This document shows positions 23,711 to 37,982 of a DNA stretch of 64,000 nt, piece by piece (positions within the stretch are counted from its first letter, which is position 1; each line of letters opens with the position of its first letter). The notes below the pieces were generated by a model. The model was not told the DNA's origin, ran no database searches, and worked only from the letters and a program-made list of their open reading frames with translations. A program made the position numbers and the translations under genes. The DNA comes from Nemertoderma westbladi (Eukaryota > Animalia > Xenacoelomorpha), in assembly GCA_032718475.1 (NCBI GenBank), contig JAUCBJ010009116.1, positions 1 to 64,000 on the forward strand, read 5' to 3'.

Positions 23711-26277
23711 CTGCATGAATAAACCCGCAACATTATTTAGGTTAAGTATAAAGTGCTAATGGCACATGGAGGTCAGGTTATAACGTGGGTCCGCATCCAG
23801 GTTACAACCGGGCACCGTGTTTATTGTTTGGTTCTAATTAAGGTTTAAAAAAATTATAGTGTAAGCAGATCCACTCCACTACACGCCACCTACCGGCAGA
23901 ATTGGGAGGTAGACTGATTTACGAATCAGTTAAGGTATGAACATTGCATACCAGAGAATGTAGGAAGCAATTTTGGCCAGGAGATAGTTTAACAACCCAT
24001 ATCAGGGAAGAGAGTCTAACACAGGGCAGGAGGGGGGGCATGGGATTGTAGGAGTGGAATAAGGCGACCTATGCGAGGGCCACAACTGGCGATCATGTAT
24101 CTGTATCGATTGGTTGGTCAACCTAAGTGTTAGGACTGTGTAATACATTCCCCTCAATTTTCCATATATATACTGTCATCATATGATTACTAGTTCAGTT
24201 GGTTATTTTATTGGTGTAGTAGTTACATAGTTTTCCACCGTCATCTGTTATATACTGATTATGTGTTCGCGCTTTTAGATCTTTAACAGTTTAACCTGTT
24301 AATTTACGTGTCTATGATGTCTGACAGCCCGTACAAAATATGAACACAGCCGAAGCCAGTCTAGCACGGCGTACGACCCACAGGAGGGGGTGGGAGATTG
24401 GATTCTATGGCAGAGAGAGGTGTAGGCTACTTTGTATTATTCGATTGATCTCTACTATATAATTTCCAAAAACTATGTTTATTTTCAATGAAATACCAAC
24501 AGTTCCTTTCAGGTGCTATGCTTGAAATACAACGCAGAGTTATGACTTATACTAATTACAACGGATGGGCATGAGAAAACGCAAATGTTTACATTATTTA
24601 GGAATGTACTATTAATCGTTCACACTCACGCAACTGGAATAGTACTGAAACACACTAATTTGCCGACTGTCACCAATTTTACTCACATATTTTAGGAGAA
24701 ATTTAGATCACATACGTTGGAGACTATAAAACAGCATGAACTCATACCAACCACTGTATTCTGAGCCAAGCAATTGTTACTGGTATTCCCCCCCCCCCCC
24801 CCCCCCCCCCCCCCCACCCCGCTTACCTCAATAATCAATAAAGCCAAGAGAGCTACCGGTTATTCGTGAGTATTCTCCAAATATTAGCATTAATCAATCA
24901 AATAGGTTACAAACACAGTACAGTATATTATATCAGCATAAAACAGTATATAGTATGCGGCAGCGGCAGTGGCAATAGTCAGATGTGACGGGAAGTCAGG
25001 ATGTGCCACTGGTTAATCACTCCAGTTGTCAGATGGTGAAGAAAAGAAAGGTCGAGTGGATTTGTATTCTGTGATCTCTCTGGCCACTGAGAATCGCAGA
25101 ATGCGACAGGAAGAGTGGAATTTGCCGTATTGCGTCATTTCATATATATCACAAGGGCAGGAAATCGAAAATCGCACTGATTGGCCGAAACATACATAAC
25201 ATGGGCCCTACGCATAAAGAAACAGCTGGCAGATTTTGTCATTGATAACCCGATACCAAAACAGATGCTAGAGGGCATAAGTCTATAAAACTCTATAGTT
25301 CTATAAAATAATGCTGACACTTTTAGAGTAGTTCGCCAATTGCACAAAATGCCACATTTTTGCCACAAAACCTTTAACACCACTCCCAGAAAATGGGACT
25401 TAAGTCTATAAAATATACATCGAGTCACAGTTTCTTAATAAAATAACTACTCTAAACAATCAATCCTTCTTTCTAGAACGACGTTTATGGAGTTTTTTAA
25501 ACCTTTGCGTAGTCGTAGTCTTTTTCTCCACAGCCCGAGCCACTTTATTAGGAGGGCTATAACTCCTCGGAGAAGGGTGCAACACAATTGCATCAGAAGG
25601 GTTGGGGTTGCGGTCAGTGTATCCGCCGGTCGAGGTACCTGGTTGGTAAATATCCATAGGAGGTCCTCTTCGTTCCTGTGGGGGAACTTCGATATCGACA
25701 CGTTTATCAAAGGGCCAAAGGGGTCGAGGGCGCACAACCTTTAAGGCCCGTCTCAGGAAGCAGCTTGCACTGGTCCCGCTTTAGTCATCTGCATGACTGC
25801 CATTGGTAGGCCGTTAGTGGTGAGGAATTTCCGGGGTTTCACAGTTCTCGCCATATACTCATAAGATCGTCGGTGGACTTCTTGCAGTTCGGGGTGCGCA
25901 TTTATAACTCTCTCACCGTATTCCAGGTCTAGGCTAATGAAACTAATCAAATTGTACGAGTCTAGATTATTTGGGTTAATATTTCTCAAATATTTTCTGA
26001 CATATTTGGTGGAAATACACTCACCAATGCGTTTGAGTAATTCGTAACTGGGGATACGAGTTTTCTTTTCGATTAGGGGAAATAGATAGGGGTGAAATGC
26101 GCATACTCCCTCATAGGCTCATTCCTGGATAGTAACGATGGCGCGACTCGCAGTGAAGATCTGCACTAGCTTCCCAAGCTCGTATGTATCGAAATACAAT
26201 TAACTCGTCTACGCATTCAATGTCTGGGCTAAAAGGGCAATCCCAACTAGCGTGTCCCTTCAGTTGGCAGTAATGAC

Positions 26278-27345
26278 TAGGGCTCGATCGGAGTTCCGGC
26301 TCCGGCTCCGGCCGGAGTTTCTTATATCCGGCTCCGAACCGGAGCGAGTTACAAAAATCACCGGAGCCGGAGTTTTTTTTAATAATGTATGTTTTATATT
26401 AATGTACATGATATATAGCCTAGGCTAGGCTAGGCTAGTATCGGCTGTTACCGAAGTTACATCTGGTCCTTTGTGATAACGCGCTAAATATCGTTAACGG
26501 TCTCTCGGCCAACGGATGGCCTAACGACAGTGACCCGGATATGAGTACTAATGACAGCGACCCGGATATGAGTACCGATGACGGCGACCCAGATATGAGT
26601 ACCGACGACGGCGACCCGGATATGAGTACCAACGATGGCGACCCAGATATGAGTACCGACGACGGTGACCCGGATATGAGTACCGACGACGGCGACCCGG
26701 ATATGAGTACTGACGACGGCGACCCGGATATGAGTTCAGAGAATACGGATCCGGGTTGCGAATGAGACGATATCGAAAAATATTGTTATATTTACGCAGT
26801 TATATTACTTATATTGTTACATACTGTCAAATATTGTTGTATGATTTATTAGTAAATACAACATAACAACAGCAGTAAATACATAATATGTTATATAAAA
26901 GTTTTTGTTCAATATCTTACCCTTCCCATATCCATTTGCGAATGGCTTCCGAATATTTATTCACTAAAATAGTATCTATCTAATGGGTCTGACGCGCAGT
27001 GCATTTTTATGCACCATGTGAAGTATACCAGACTTTCTGCTGTTATATTTCACTTTGCAGTTTACCCCTATGTAAAGAATACCGGGATTCACTAAAAACC
27101 AAGTTACAGAAGGGTTGAATGTAACCAAATAATAAACGAATTAGTATCTCTAAAGATAGGAATAAACTGAAAATTTACCATAGTTCCAAAAAAGTACATA
27201 ACCCCTTTTTGGGAATATAAATTACGGCAGAAATTTGGCAAATTGACATAACAGTACAATAGTCTGATAGTACTGAACTGACATTGAACACTGCTACACA
27301 TAGGGAAAAACTCCGGCTCCTGTCAAACTCCGGCATTATTTTTTC
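26278..27345. mobile_element. Truncated non-autonomous DNA transposon-like insertion (hAT-like end) inside B3
   Basis: It starts TAGGGCTCGATCGGAG with clustered subterminal CCGGCT/CCGGAG motifs, which recur at about 27310-27335. No second TIR is visible. Confidence 0.45.
26520..26735. repeat. 27-bp minisatellite (~8 copies)
   Basis: Unit GACCCGGATATGAGTACCGACGACGGC. Confidence 0.93.
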
Positions 27346-30300
27346 CACTAAAACTCTCCTGAGCCATCGTATTGTTCAATATCGAATTGTCCAAATATAT
27401 ATTTCTAGGATTATTGTCAGGCGCATATGGGATATCATAAGTTAGTCTATTAATATGATTAGTATGTTTTGCTATAGGAGTTTCCACTTCACTAGCCGTA
27501 TAGATGCGTGTAGGCTCTACACCTTGTGCATGATATGATTCAGACCTAAGAGGTTGAAAGGCAGTTACAGGGGGTGGTGATATACCCCTTTTTATATTTA
27601 CTAATTTTTCACTTTAAAGAGCGATTCGTTGCTGTACTTCTTGCAACTCGATTTTATTATCTCGTACTGTTCCCTTCAATGAGCCGACAGTACCTTCCAA
27701 ATCCTTCAACTGGTCCGCGGACCTTGATTTATTTTGGGCCAACTGCCTAAGCAGTTCGTCCATCTCCCTCTGCCCTTCCTCCATCCACTCGACTGCTGGT
27801 ACGGGAGACGCCAACGGAGCTGCAGGATGGCCCATCGGGGCGACGGGGGGCAACCCTTGCCCGAACAATTTTCGTTCCATGGGCTTACTGCCACTCTGTG
27901 ATACAGCGATTTGGCTACTGGTCAAGGGAGAATTTGTACTTTCTAAAAGGGAATCTAGAATCAGGTTCAAACAGTAAGGGATTCTCCACTAATGGAGTAG
28001 ACTTAACGACAGGCCTAATTACTTCAGGCTCGTCTATAATGGTGGGAAGCCTATCAGATTCCATCACCTGAGTTATTAACTCACCAGATTTTAAATCTGT
28101 GCTCGCCAGTTCTATCTCACTGGAGGGGGAAAGTTGGGCAACTTGCTCATCTACGTCCATTTGAGGTGGATTTGTAACTCTTACATTCTGATTCTGTCAT
28201 CGTACCTTCATCTGAGGAGGTAATAAATCCTTGTCTATTAGGAGTTGAACGACTTCTGAGTTGTGCCTGAGCCATGTGCGTTTTCGTAGTAGTTCTTGTC
28301 TTTTTTTGGATAGTCTATTGTTCCAGTTGAGCTAACGCTTCAGCTGAAGCTGCTTCAGCTTCTATCTTCGCCTTTTCCGTAGCTGCTTCAGCCTCCCTCT
28401 TCGCCTTTTCCATAGCTGCTTCAGCTTCTATCTTCATCTTTTCCATAACTGCTGCAGCTTCTATCTTGGCCCTTTCTGTAGCTGCTTCAGCTTCTCTCTT
28501 CGCCTTTTCCGTAGCTGCTTCAACCTCTCTCTTTGCTTTCTCCGCAGCTTCTTCAGCCTCCATCATCGCCGTTGCCTCAGCTGCTTCAGCCTCTCTCTTA
28601 GCTTTATCGTCGATTAATCTCCGCTTCACTTCTCTAGCATTCTCTAATGCGAGAAGTGCTCCTTCGTCCTCTTTAACCTGGTCAGCGGCTAACATTTCCA
28701 AGTCCAGTACGTCTAGAATATGTTGGGCTGCTTCACTACGTGGGTGTAGACCAGCTAGACGTCTCCTTAACTCCTGGTCTCCTATGAATCGCTGGTAATC
28801 CAACAAATAAATGTCGACTGCGTCTCTCTTCGGTTGCCATTCGAGTGCTGCCTCGCCTTCTCCATAAGAAAGATTGGTATCAGTGGATTCCCCGTAAACG
28901 AGTTGATCTGCTAACTGAGCTTTCCACGTGGTTATTCCCTGAACGTTGTCATTCACTCGTTGAAATCAGATTCGTACTGCCACCTGCAGTGAAGTATCCT
29001 GTCTCCTTATTGAGGCTTCTTTGAATGCTTACAGAATTAATCTAATCTTTAATATCTGCTCCCTCACTTGATACAGAAGTCATCCTTGTGCTTGAGGTTC
29101 TAACTGTCCTCGGAATAGCTGAGTTTCCACTCATCCTAATGAGTTAAAGAATTCCAGGACATACCCAGATGCCGACCTCTTCCACACCGTTGGGTCTCTG
29201 GTATCTCTAGCAACTCCTAGCAGATGTAGATCTTCCCAAGGAACCTCAGAGAGGTTAAAGGGTATTCCGGGTCTGGGGAAGTTCCATTGTGTTTCTACCA
29301 TGGACTCTAATTCTTCGCGCGAGTACCTGGCGTAATTCTCCTTTGTTGATCTCTTATTCTGTATCCAATCGGCCAGATTTTCTTCTATGGCTGGAAGAAT
29401 TTTTTGAGTGAGCATTCCTCCAGGAAGAGAGAAGAGTGGGTTGGCGTTGACCACTTCCCCCATTCTCGGACCAACCTCCGAAGGTGTTAGTTGCTCTGTG
29501 CTGGAGCAGTAATTACTGGATTGCGTCGGGGTAACTTCCCAGTCAGTTTGACGTCATACTATATAATCTCCCAAAACTCGTAGGAACTATAACATCTATT
29601 AACCAGTCAGAATCCCTCGCCAACTGTGATCCCATCACAGTGGAAAACTATTGCTATCAAAGTTGAAACTTAGAAGACATCATGGAGAAGTTGAACCCAG
29701 CTGCCACCATCGACCTTAACTCCAAAGCGACAATGCCAACAATGAACGATGAGCGAACAACACTGAGCACCCCAGGGTTCGGATGGGGGTGGAAGTCTGC
29801 TGGGCACTCCCAGGGAGAGAGCTGTAACGATTCGGGAGGCGGCGACACAAAGATATCAGGCACACTACACCGGATCTGCCAGCAGATGATGGATCGGTTG
29901 GAGAGGAGGAATGCGGACATGTACAGGAGGAAGAACGCATGCGACAACAACAGCAACGAGCGTAATGGAGCCTTCAGCCAACCAGTGCAGTGGCTACAGG
30001 TGGCGAGTGGTCCACCGGAATGGTGATGGGAGGGCCGACAGTATGACGCCGGATGAAGAGCGATGAGGAACGAATAGAGGAGGAGGACATCACAAAGTGC
30101 GATTGTCTGAGAAGGGGCTACAATGCGGCCTGGAGGCTCCTCAAAAACGCAAAGGAGGAAGGACGAGTGGACCAGGATAAGTTGAACCGTAAACTCGGTG
30201 AGTGTGATAAACATTTTAGATATTTAGCTCGATTCGAGCAGGGAGGATTAGTGAACCAGAGGGTGAGGGAGGTCGCCACCCAACTGTATGAACTGAGGCA

Positions 30301-31468
30301 ATCAGGGGTAATCTCCTAAGATAACGTGTACATAGGTAGGGCCTTATCTGATCGATATACAGGGGATTAAGTTAGTGGTATGGGCGGGTTCGAACAACAC
30401 CGATCCCGAGGTAAACCTGGAGGATTCGGTGTCATCCATCAGTGATAACGTGTACGGCCATTAGAACTAACAAAATTAGTAGGCGATGGGGGTCCATCGC
30501 AACCGAAAAGTCTGAAACATCCTCTGTAAAAGCAAGGTGGGTGTTAGAAATTGATGTGGCATGTCAGTTAGACATGGCTGTGTGGGACCAAAAGGAGTTA
30601 GAGAGACAGCTGGAAGAGAGGAATGCATTGTTAGAGAGGGAAATGGTGTTGGTGAGAGAGTGTAAGGGCTGAGAAAGTGGCAAGTGAATGTAGAGAGAGG
30701 GCTGTCAGCCAGGCAGAGTGAGAAATGATAGAGGCGAATGAGTGTAGAGAGCGAGATGTGAGAGAAGCAGAGAGGGTTGAGAGGGAAAACGCGCTAGCGG
30801 ACCAGAGTATTAGGGAGGATAGAGAAAGAGAGATAGCTGGGAAGATAATGCAGGATGATATGCATACCCGGTTGAGAGGGTTAATGGAATATCATGCAAA
30901 GCAAAAACGCCGATTAGAACTAGCAAAAATTGGAATATTAGGAAGCGTGGCTGTTTCGTGTAGCGTATATGAAGAACCAGGTGTAATGGAAACCTTTGTT
31001 AATTCCCCACTAAGTGGGACCAGATGGCAGAAAGATGACTGGTGTGACCGGATCGGTGATGGGGGGGGGGGGGGGGGGGGGGTAATAACATTACACCTAG
31101 CAATAATAACGCTAATAATACTGTATGGGATAATCCCAATAATAATGAAGTTAACAAAATGATATAATACATACCCAGGGAGAGGGGGGTATTGCAGATA
31201 GGTGTACAGTTCCCCATAATAAAATACTGACATCGACCCCAATGCAAAATATATCAAGGGCGGGGGGGACATGATAATGCGCCGTATCCACAATATACGC
31301 AGCATGCCGAAAGAATGTCTACAGTTCCGGAGGATGTATAGCAATGAAATACTTACAAAGAATCTGACACAGTCGGAGTACCTAACATATTTACAAGTCT
31401 ATACAGGGGGGCCAGCCTATGATATTGTAAGGCAATACCAGGGAATAGAAGGCGGTTTTACAGCAGCC

Positions 31469-32945
31469 AACAATTATCCACCATTATTATCCAACATTAC
31501 ACTATATACACTATATACCATTTAATATCACCACTAGAATGTTTCAATGACTAACCCCTGTGATTCGTATTTTCTTTGGACTATATATTTTGTCTCTTTG
31601 ATTTATCACTCTTAGCATTTCAAAATTGTTTGATTTTTGCTATAATTTGAATATAAGCTATTCTACATGATTGGTTAGAAAAATTTTATTTTTCGCTATT
31701 TAATATTAGTTAATACAAGGTAACAATAAAAATATTGGTTGCGCTTAATACCCTATGGCTTTTACAGTTTTGAACCTAATCACATGAAAGTTTTTTATAT
31801 GATAGATCAACGATGGGGCAACATAACTATCAGGCGAAATTTGTGAAAATAATTTTGCACCTCTAGGTGGCGCTGTAAATTCATGCTAATTTTTTAGGAT
31901 CGTTATAAATAGTATTAAATTTTATTAACAAACAATTTCAAATAGTTGTCTGAAATTTTTATACAGGGTGGCTATGTAGACACCCACAGAAATTTTCAGA
32001 CCTCAAATTAATTGGAGAAATAGTAGGGTTTTGAAGTTGACAATTTCGTAAAAAAAATATTTGGAGATAATCGACCTTTATTATACATAGTACTGTAATA
32101 GTAATTTCAATAGGTCTCCCTAAATGGAAATTATTATAACTTGAAAACTAAAAGAGCTATTAAATAGCGGTTTTCAGATATGGAAATCAATCTTGATTAT
32201 TATAGATCATAAAAATTATTTTGACATATTTTGGACCAAAATTAATTGTGTACCCCTCTCCTTAATAATTTTAACATCTGAAATATAATAATTTCCAACG
32301 TTTTCTATGTGACTTCCAAATCGTGGACAGCACAATGCTGCCGATTAATGCCTTTCCCTGCAGTATTCGAAATCAGGAATGGTAGATGAAAGATGTAGGT
32401 ATTGGCGCACATTGAGCACATTTGAAGAAATTTATCTCCAGTGCAAATTACATTGGTTAGAAAATGCCGATACTGTAACCTGCTCCTTTCCCGTAATGTA
32501 TTAAATGATAATTATTTAATATACACAGCCACGCGGGGTAAATGGTAAAATCCGATATACAGTATAACCTAATTAGAGTTTACAACATTATTATCCAACA
32601 AACCTTAATGGGAATATTATAGGAAGGGATCTAGGGGTCTTTACCTCGAATGATAAGTTTATTTTACCGAAAATAACTTATCTTTTATTGGCGCAATTGT
32701 AGGACTAATCCCATCACATGCGTACTTTTTAACCTGGTTGTGTACAAATTTAGGAATCGCGTAATTTTTCTTGAAATTAATATCTCATATCTCTCCAAAC
32801 CACCTCTCTCTCATCAGCGTGGTGTCGGATTCGAACCTGGGACCTCGAGGTGGAAGCCGAGACTACAACCACTAGGCCACAGGTTCTTTAGATATGGAGT
32901 ATTAATTTCAAAGCCATCTGCCATTTTATTAGCCCTTGATTTTTT
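31469..32945. mobile_element. AT-rich insertion(s) interrupting A3 gag
   Basis: A-family homology stops after ...GGFTAA (31468) and resumes at RGITSGG (~32947). Confidence 0.65.
32815..32886 (-). mobile_element. tRNA-derived SINE head / tRNA pseudogene
   Basis: The minus strand has A box TGGCCTAGTGG and B box GGTTCGAATCC at tRNA-like spacing, but the acceptor stem does not close. Confidence 0.6.
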
Positions 32946-35940
32946 AAGGGGAATAACATCGGGTGGACTCACGGATAACCCCATCAGTATCAAAGCCTTT
33001 GCAGCTAAAGTAGAAAAGGCACTGATAGTCCTAAAGACGCTGGAAGCACCATACAATCTCAACGCTTTGAATAACTACACAATGATAGTGCAGGCACTAC
33101 CGATATGGTTGAGGAATAAATGAAGAAAAATTGCTTTCTCTACTCGAGAAAAGAAGAACACAGAGCAAGGGTTAGAAGAAATGTCGAGTTTCCTTTCATA
33201 TGAGGCAGAGTTGATAACAGACCCAGTGTACAGCGAGGAGAGTCTCAGAAAGGTACCAAAACCGGATTACAACTGACCTAAACCGGAACACAACGTGGCA
33301 GACTCACTTCCGAGAGTGAGGCAATCGTTGCCATATGCGACAGCACAGGGGACTGAAAGTCCACAACGCCAAAACACTATACAGAGAGCATTATAATCCT
33401 AATTACAAGTCTCAGCTGCACAGAAATGGAACGCATAAGATGATCGACTGTGAACAGTGGCAGATGTTATTAAAAATTGACCCAAACTCTTATACTGGAT
33501 GGTTCGAACTATGTCATAGATGTGGAGTATGAAGACATTAGAAAGGACTGGTGTCGATAACAAGAACCGAACTATGGGAGTGAATACAACGGAGAACTTA
33601 AAGAAGAGAAGAATAATAGTGTTGATCGGAGTAAGGATGATCGGGGAGAATGGGTGATCGGTAACAATACTGATTTTGATCGACAGTGGGGCAGCATTCA
33701 CATTGACAGAAAGCTGGATAGCGGAGAGGCTGAAACAAAAGATGAAGTCGAAGACGATGGTGGTCACCACCATATCCGCCAAAGACGAAATTATTCCAAT
33801 GAGAACAGGAAGGTGTCGAATAGGGGCTATAGCTCCCAGTTGCGACTATGGGGCAACCATAGAGCCCATACGAATTACCGAGTCCATCAACATCAATGCC
33901 AGGCGACCGACACAGTTCGAGGTCGAACAATATCGGCACCTGGACTTCTCTAGACTTCTATAGACTTTGCGACACCCCACCTCGACGTGCTGAAAGTATC
34001 CCTAATAGTCAGGATGGATTGCCGATAACCCATGAAATGATTCAAACCATATTTGGTGATGATAAGAAGCAAGACACAGTGGCGATCTTGACGCCATTTG
34101 GATGGGTGCTAAGCGGGCCTATTAAATCCAGAACCCTGTTCAAAATGTCAGAGACATCGGGATGCATGCCATCTGGAGCCATTAGGGACTTAGAGCAGGA
34201 AATGACAGGACAAGAGGCTATATAGAGAGGATGGTAGGACAAATATGAATCCGGGAACAGAACCTGGACAAGTTGAAGAGGGGATCAGTGTCTTCCAGTG
34301 GGTTTCGGTTTGAAGAGGAAGAGAGCCGGATAATGAGTTATCTGGAGGGATTGCCGATTCAATCGATGTCCGGGATGCTGAGGATGCCGATACCTGCAGG
34401 ATCCTAGGGCGAATATGGGAGTAAGAAGTCGAAGAAGGGCGATGGGGAGGTCTCATATGGAAATGGACCGGGGAAGGATATCAGGAGTCGGGGGCGATTC
34501 CAGGTCTGGAACCACACCCAGTGGAAAGGATGGATGATGATGAGTTTGGAGAAATACCACCGATAGAGGAGATCGGATGAGTAGCGACATCAGGGGGATG
34601 GGAGGAGGAGAATGGGTTCAACGCACAGCACCTGGATGTGATGGGATGGAACACAGACGTCTCCAGCTATTATCAGTACGAGGATGAAGAAGGGTGGATG
34701 ATGAGGTATCCTGAAGGGATGCCGATCCAAACTAATTTGGGTGCTGTATATTTACATGGGCGCAGTACAAACATTTATAACCGATGCACAGTGTATTTAC
34801 AGTGAATATTAAATAGGAATGCCATAAATGCCATATTGCGACCGAATTTGATAGTAAAATGTACAGCCACAGTAATTCCTTTAAAAATAATTAGTATTAT
34901 GGCAATGGACCCATAGAAGCTATTGTAGGTCTATCAAGACAGATTCATTACCATATATGATAATAATTTTAGGTATTTTTGGAGTTCAAGAACCATACTC
35001 CAGGTCACTCATTGGTTTAACTACTTTAGGTGTGTCTAATGCAAGTAGGTATAGTTAGTTATTCAGCCAATGGTGACTCATTTGTCATGCTTCATGTGTG
35101 TTGCTACATATACTTATGTTACTTTTTATATGTATTATTATTGTATACCCTGGACTTACAGTATTATAATTTCCTAGATTCCCCCGCTAGATTTAAAGTT
35201 ATTAATTTGTGTCATGTGATTTTATTGTTGAATTGTGCTGTTTTATACTTTCGCCACGATTTATGGAATAATTGTACCGTGAAAGACTGACTTTGGCTAA
35301 TATTATGTAATCAGTTTTCTAAACTTGACTGCGTTATTAGTTACTGCTTTATGCAGTCTCTACTAACCTACAGCTAGTATGACAGACTGCACAATGGAGT
35401 AGTGTGTGCGGGAGGGACTACCGGCAGCGCGGTGATGGGAACGGGTGGACAGATGACAGACTACGGGGTTTCTACTTATTAAAGGGAAGTAATGGGCGTG
35501 TTTAGGGATTAATGGGATGGGGCAGATGCCATAGGGGGAGTTCTGCTTCACATCTGGTCCTTGGTGAAAGGTTTAACTTAATGACATGTGTAAACACTCT
35601 ATGTATATCAGTCCAAATAGCCAACAGACGAATTAGATCATTCCGAATCAATTAGATAAACAGTCTGACTTAGCTAATTTCAATTAATTAAACCAAACAT
35701 TTGAGTTCAGACCACGGTCTAAACTATCATGCTGACGAATCCTCCGTTGTAGCGGAACCAGCTGATGCTACTGTTTACAAATGGAGCGTTGGGGCGGACT
35801 CTTCGACTAAGCCTGCTAAATCGGATGGAACAGTCTACTGTATTGGGTGGTAGTGCAGATGTTTCTGTACATGTAGTACCGTCAGACGTTCAGGGGATGC
35901 AGCAAGGATCAGTTATACTGGGAAAGATGGGAGTGCTAGG

Positions 35941-36582
35941 AATGAGATGGATTTGGAGTTCGAAAGAGCTTATCTACCAGGTCGTTAGTCTTGTATGCAT
36001 TGTGGTGCTTCTAACCATTGATCCAACAAGTGTACATCTCAAGTACCTGATGAAGTGTTATTGTGCGGATGGAGTCAGATTGAACCTTGCAATCATACAT
36101 TCTACACTTGTCCGTTGTTTATGACGCAATGTGGATATTGTTACACTAAAGGTCATAGCACTTCGCAGTGCCAGTTGGCAGCGATTCCGTATGCAGAACA
36201 CCCGCCGGAGTTGATGCAGAGATTCTTTGGTATTTGGGAGAAGCTAGCCGATTCGCATATGAAGGCTTAATTCTGTGGCTTTCCGATGAGAGCTCACCTT
36301 GGATTCTGGGCGGTCAAACCGCGTGTCGTGATGAACGAGGCGTATCGAGCACAGATGCCAGATTACGAGGAGTTGTTGAATGTGGTTCTAGATATGCCAT
36401 ATGAAACAGGAGTATTAGTGGTGAGGAATTATTTCCAGGCGATTAATCTCCAGCATAAGCATACTTGGAGGTTTAACAAGGCGATGGATCACGAGGTGGA
36501 GATTATTCACGATATCGTAAGGATAAACGTAACACTGGAGAGTATAGAACTGCTTCAGTGGATATATGTAATCAATGGTTGA
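35941..36582 (+). pseudogene. Degenerate triple zinc-knuckle accessory ORF (homolog of the A2 3' ORF)
   Basis: CMHCGASNH*SNKC...CGWSQIEPCNHTFYTCP...CGYCYTKGHSTSQC...FGIWEKLAD...LGFW in one frame, with in-frame stops. Confidence 0.7.
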
Positions 36583-36869
36583 AACACTATATTGTTCGAG
36601 AACGGATTAGCGATCGCGAGATAGAAGTTGCATCCGGGAGGCCGGTTCAGCAACCTAAGGTTGACAGAGCGACCGACGACAAAGGAAAGAAAGTGTCGAT
36701 GAGGAAACAGTTAGTAGCGGCGTCCAAGCTGGGACAAAGCATCAAACATAGTTTGAACATAGCAGAGGGGAGATCTGTCCCCAGTAGACCCGCGTCTGAG
36801 AGATACTATAATGAGATGGTGGTACCGGAAACGCGACCACAAGGAATATGACCTAGAGGATTAGGGAGC

Positions 36870-37982
36870 TTGTTCGATTTTGTTAGCTTCACTCTCATCC
36901 GTTCGATTTTGTTAGCTCCACTCTCACCCATTCGATTTTGTTAGCTCCACTCTCACCCATTCGATTTTGTTAGCTCCACTCTCACCTTGTTCGATTTTGT
37001 TAGCTCCACTCTCACCCCTTCGATTTTGTTAGCTCCACCCTCACCCATTCGATTTTGTTAGCTTCACTCTCATCTGTTAGATTTTGTTAGCTCCACTCTC
37101 ACCTTGTTCGATTTTGTTAGCTCCATGCCCACCTGTTCGATTTTGTTAGCTCCACTTTCACCCGTTCGATTTTGTTAACTCCACTCTCACCCGTTCGATT
37201 TTGTTAGCTCCCCTCTCACCTTATTCGATTTTGTTAGCTCCACGTCCACCTTGTTCGATTTTGTTAGCTCCACTTTCACCCGTTCGATTTTGTTAGCTCC
37301 ACTCTCACCTTGTTCGATTTTGTTAGCTCCACTCTCACCTTGTTCGATTTTGTTAGCTCCCCTCTCACCTTATTCGATTTTGTTAGCTCCACGCCCACCT
37401 TGTTCGATTTTGTTAGCTCCACTTTCACCCGTTCGATTTTGTTAGCTCCACTCTCACCTTGTTCGATTTTGTTAGCTCCACTCTCACCTTGTTCGATTTT
37501 GTTAGCTCCCCTCTCACCTTATTCGATTTTGTTAGCTCCACGCCCACCTTGTTCGATTTTATTAGCTCCACTTTCACCCATTCGATTTTGTTAGCTCCAC
37601 TTTCACCCGTTCGATTTTGTGAGCTCCACTCTCATCTTGTTCGATTTTGTTAGCTCCACTCTCACCCGTTCGATTTTGTTAGCTCCACTCTCACCCGTTC
37701 GATTTTGTTAGCTCCCCTCTCACCTTATTCGATTTTGTTAGCTCCACGTCCACCTTGTTCGATTTTGTTAGCTCCCCTCTCACCTTATTCGATTTTGTTA
37801 GCTTCACTCTCATCCGTTCGATTTTGTTAGCTCCACTCTCACCCATTCGATTTTGTTAGCTCCCCTCTCACCTTGTTCGATTTTGTTAGCTCCACTCTCA
37901 CCCATTCGATTTTGTTAGCTCCTCTCTCACCTGTTCGATTTTGTTAGCTCCACTCTTACCTTGATCGATTTTGTTCGCTCCA
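36870..37982. repeat. 29/30-bp minisatellite (~37 copies), distal part of the splice-donor array
   Basis: Unit TTGTTCGATTTTGTTAGCTCCACTCTCACC, continuing at 49547-49725 on the other side of B2. Confidence 0.97.

Larger units (their letters stand above)
24264..29600 (-). mobile_element. Family B copy B3, older and fragmented (3' LTR 24264-25379, accessory-ORF end, gag 5' part ~27350-29560)
   Basis: LTR TGTTCGCG...TTTAACA followed by CCACTCCCAGAAAATGGG. Gag remnants (QWNFPRPG, WKRSASGYV, DAVDIYL) are homologous to B1. The centre is missing. Confidence 0.85.
29680..36860 (+). mobile_element. Degenerate family A-related Bel/Pao copy A3 (gag, protease, pol largely deleted, accessory zinc-knuckle ORF relic)
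   Basis: QFRRMYSNEILTKNLTQ, YTGGPAYDIVRQYQGIEGGF, IDSGAAFTL and AILTPFGWVLSGPIK all match A1/A2. It has many stops, is interrupted at about 31469-32945, and no LTR was recognised. Linking 34230-36860 to this copy is inferred. Confidence 0.8.

Noticed and set aside
32815-32886. Functional tRNA gene
   Set aside because: A and B boxes are present but the acceptor stem and D-arm do not fold properly. It is treated as a SINE head or pseudogene.
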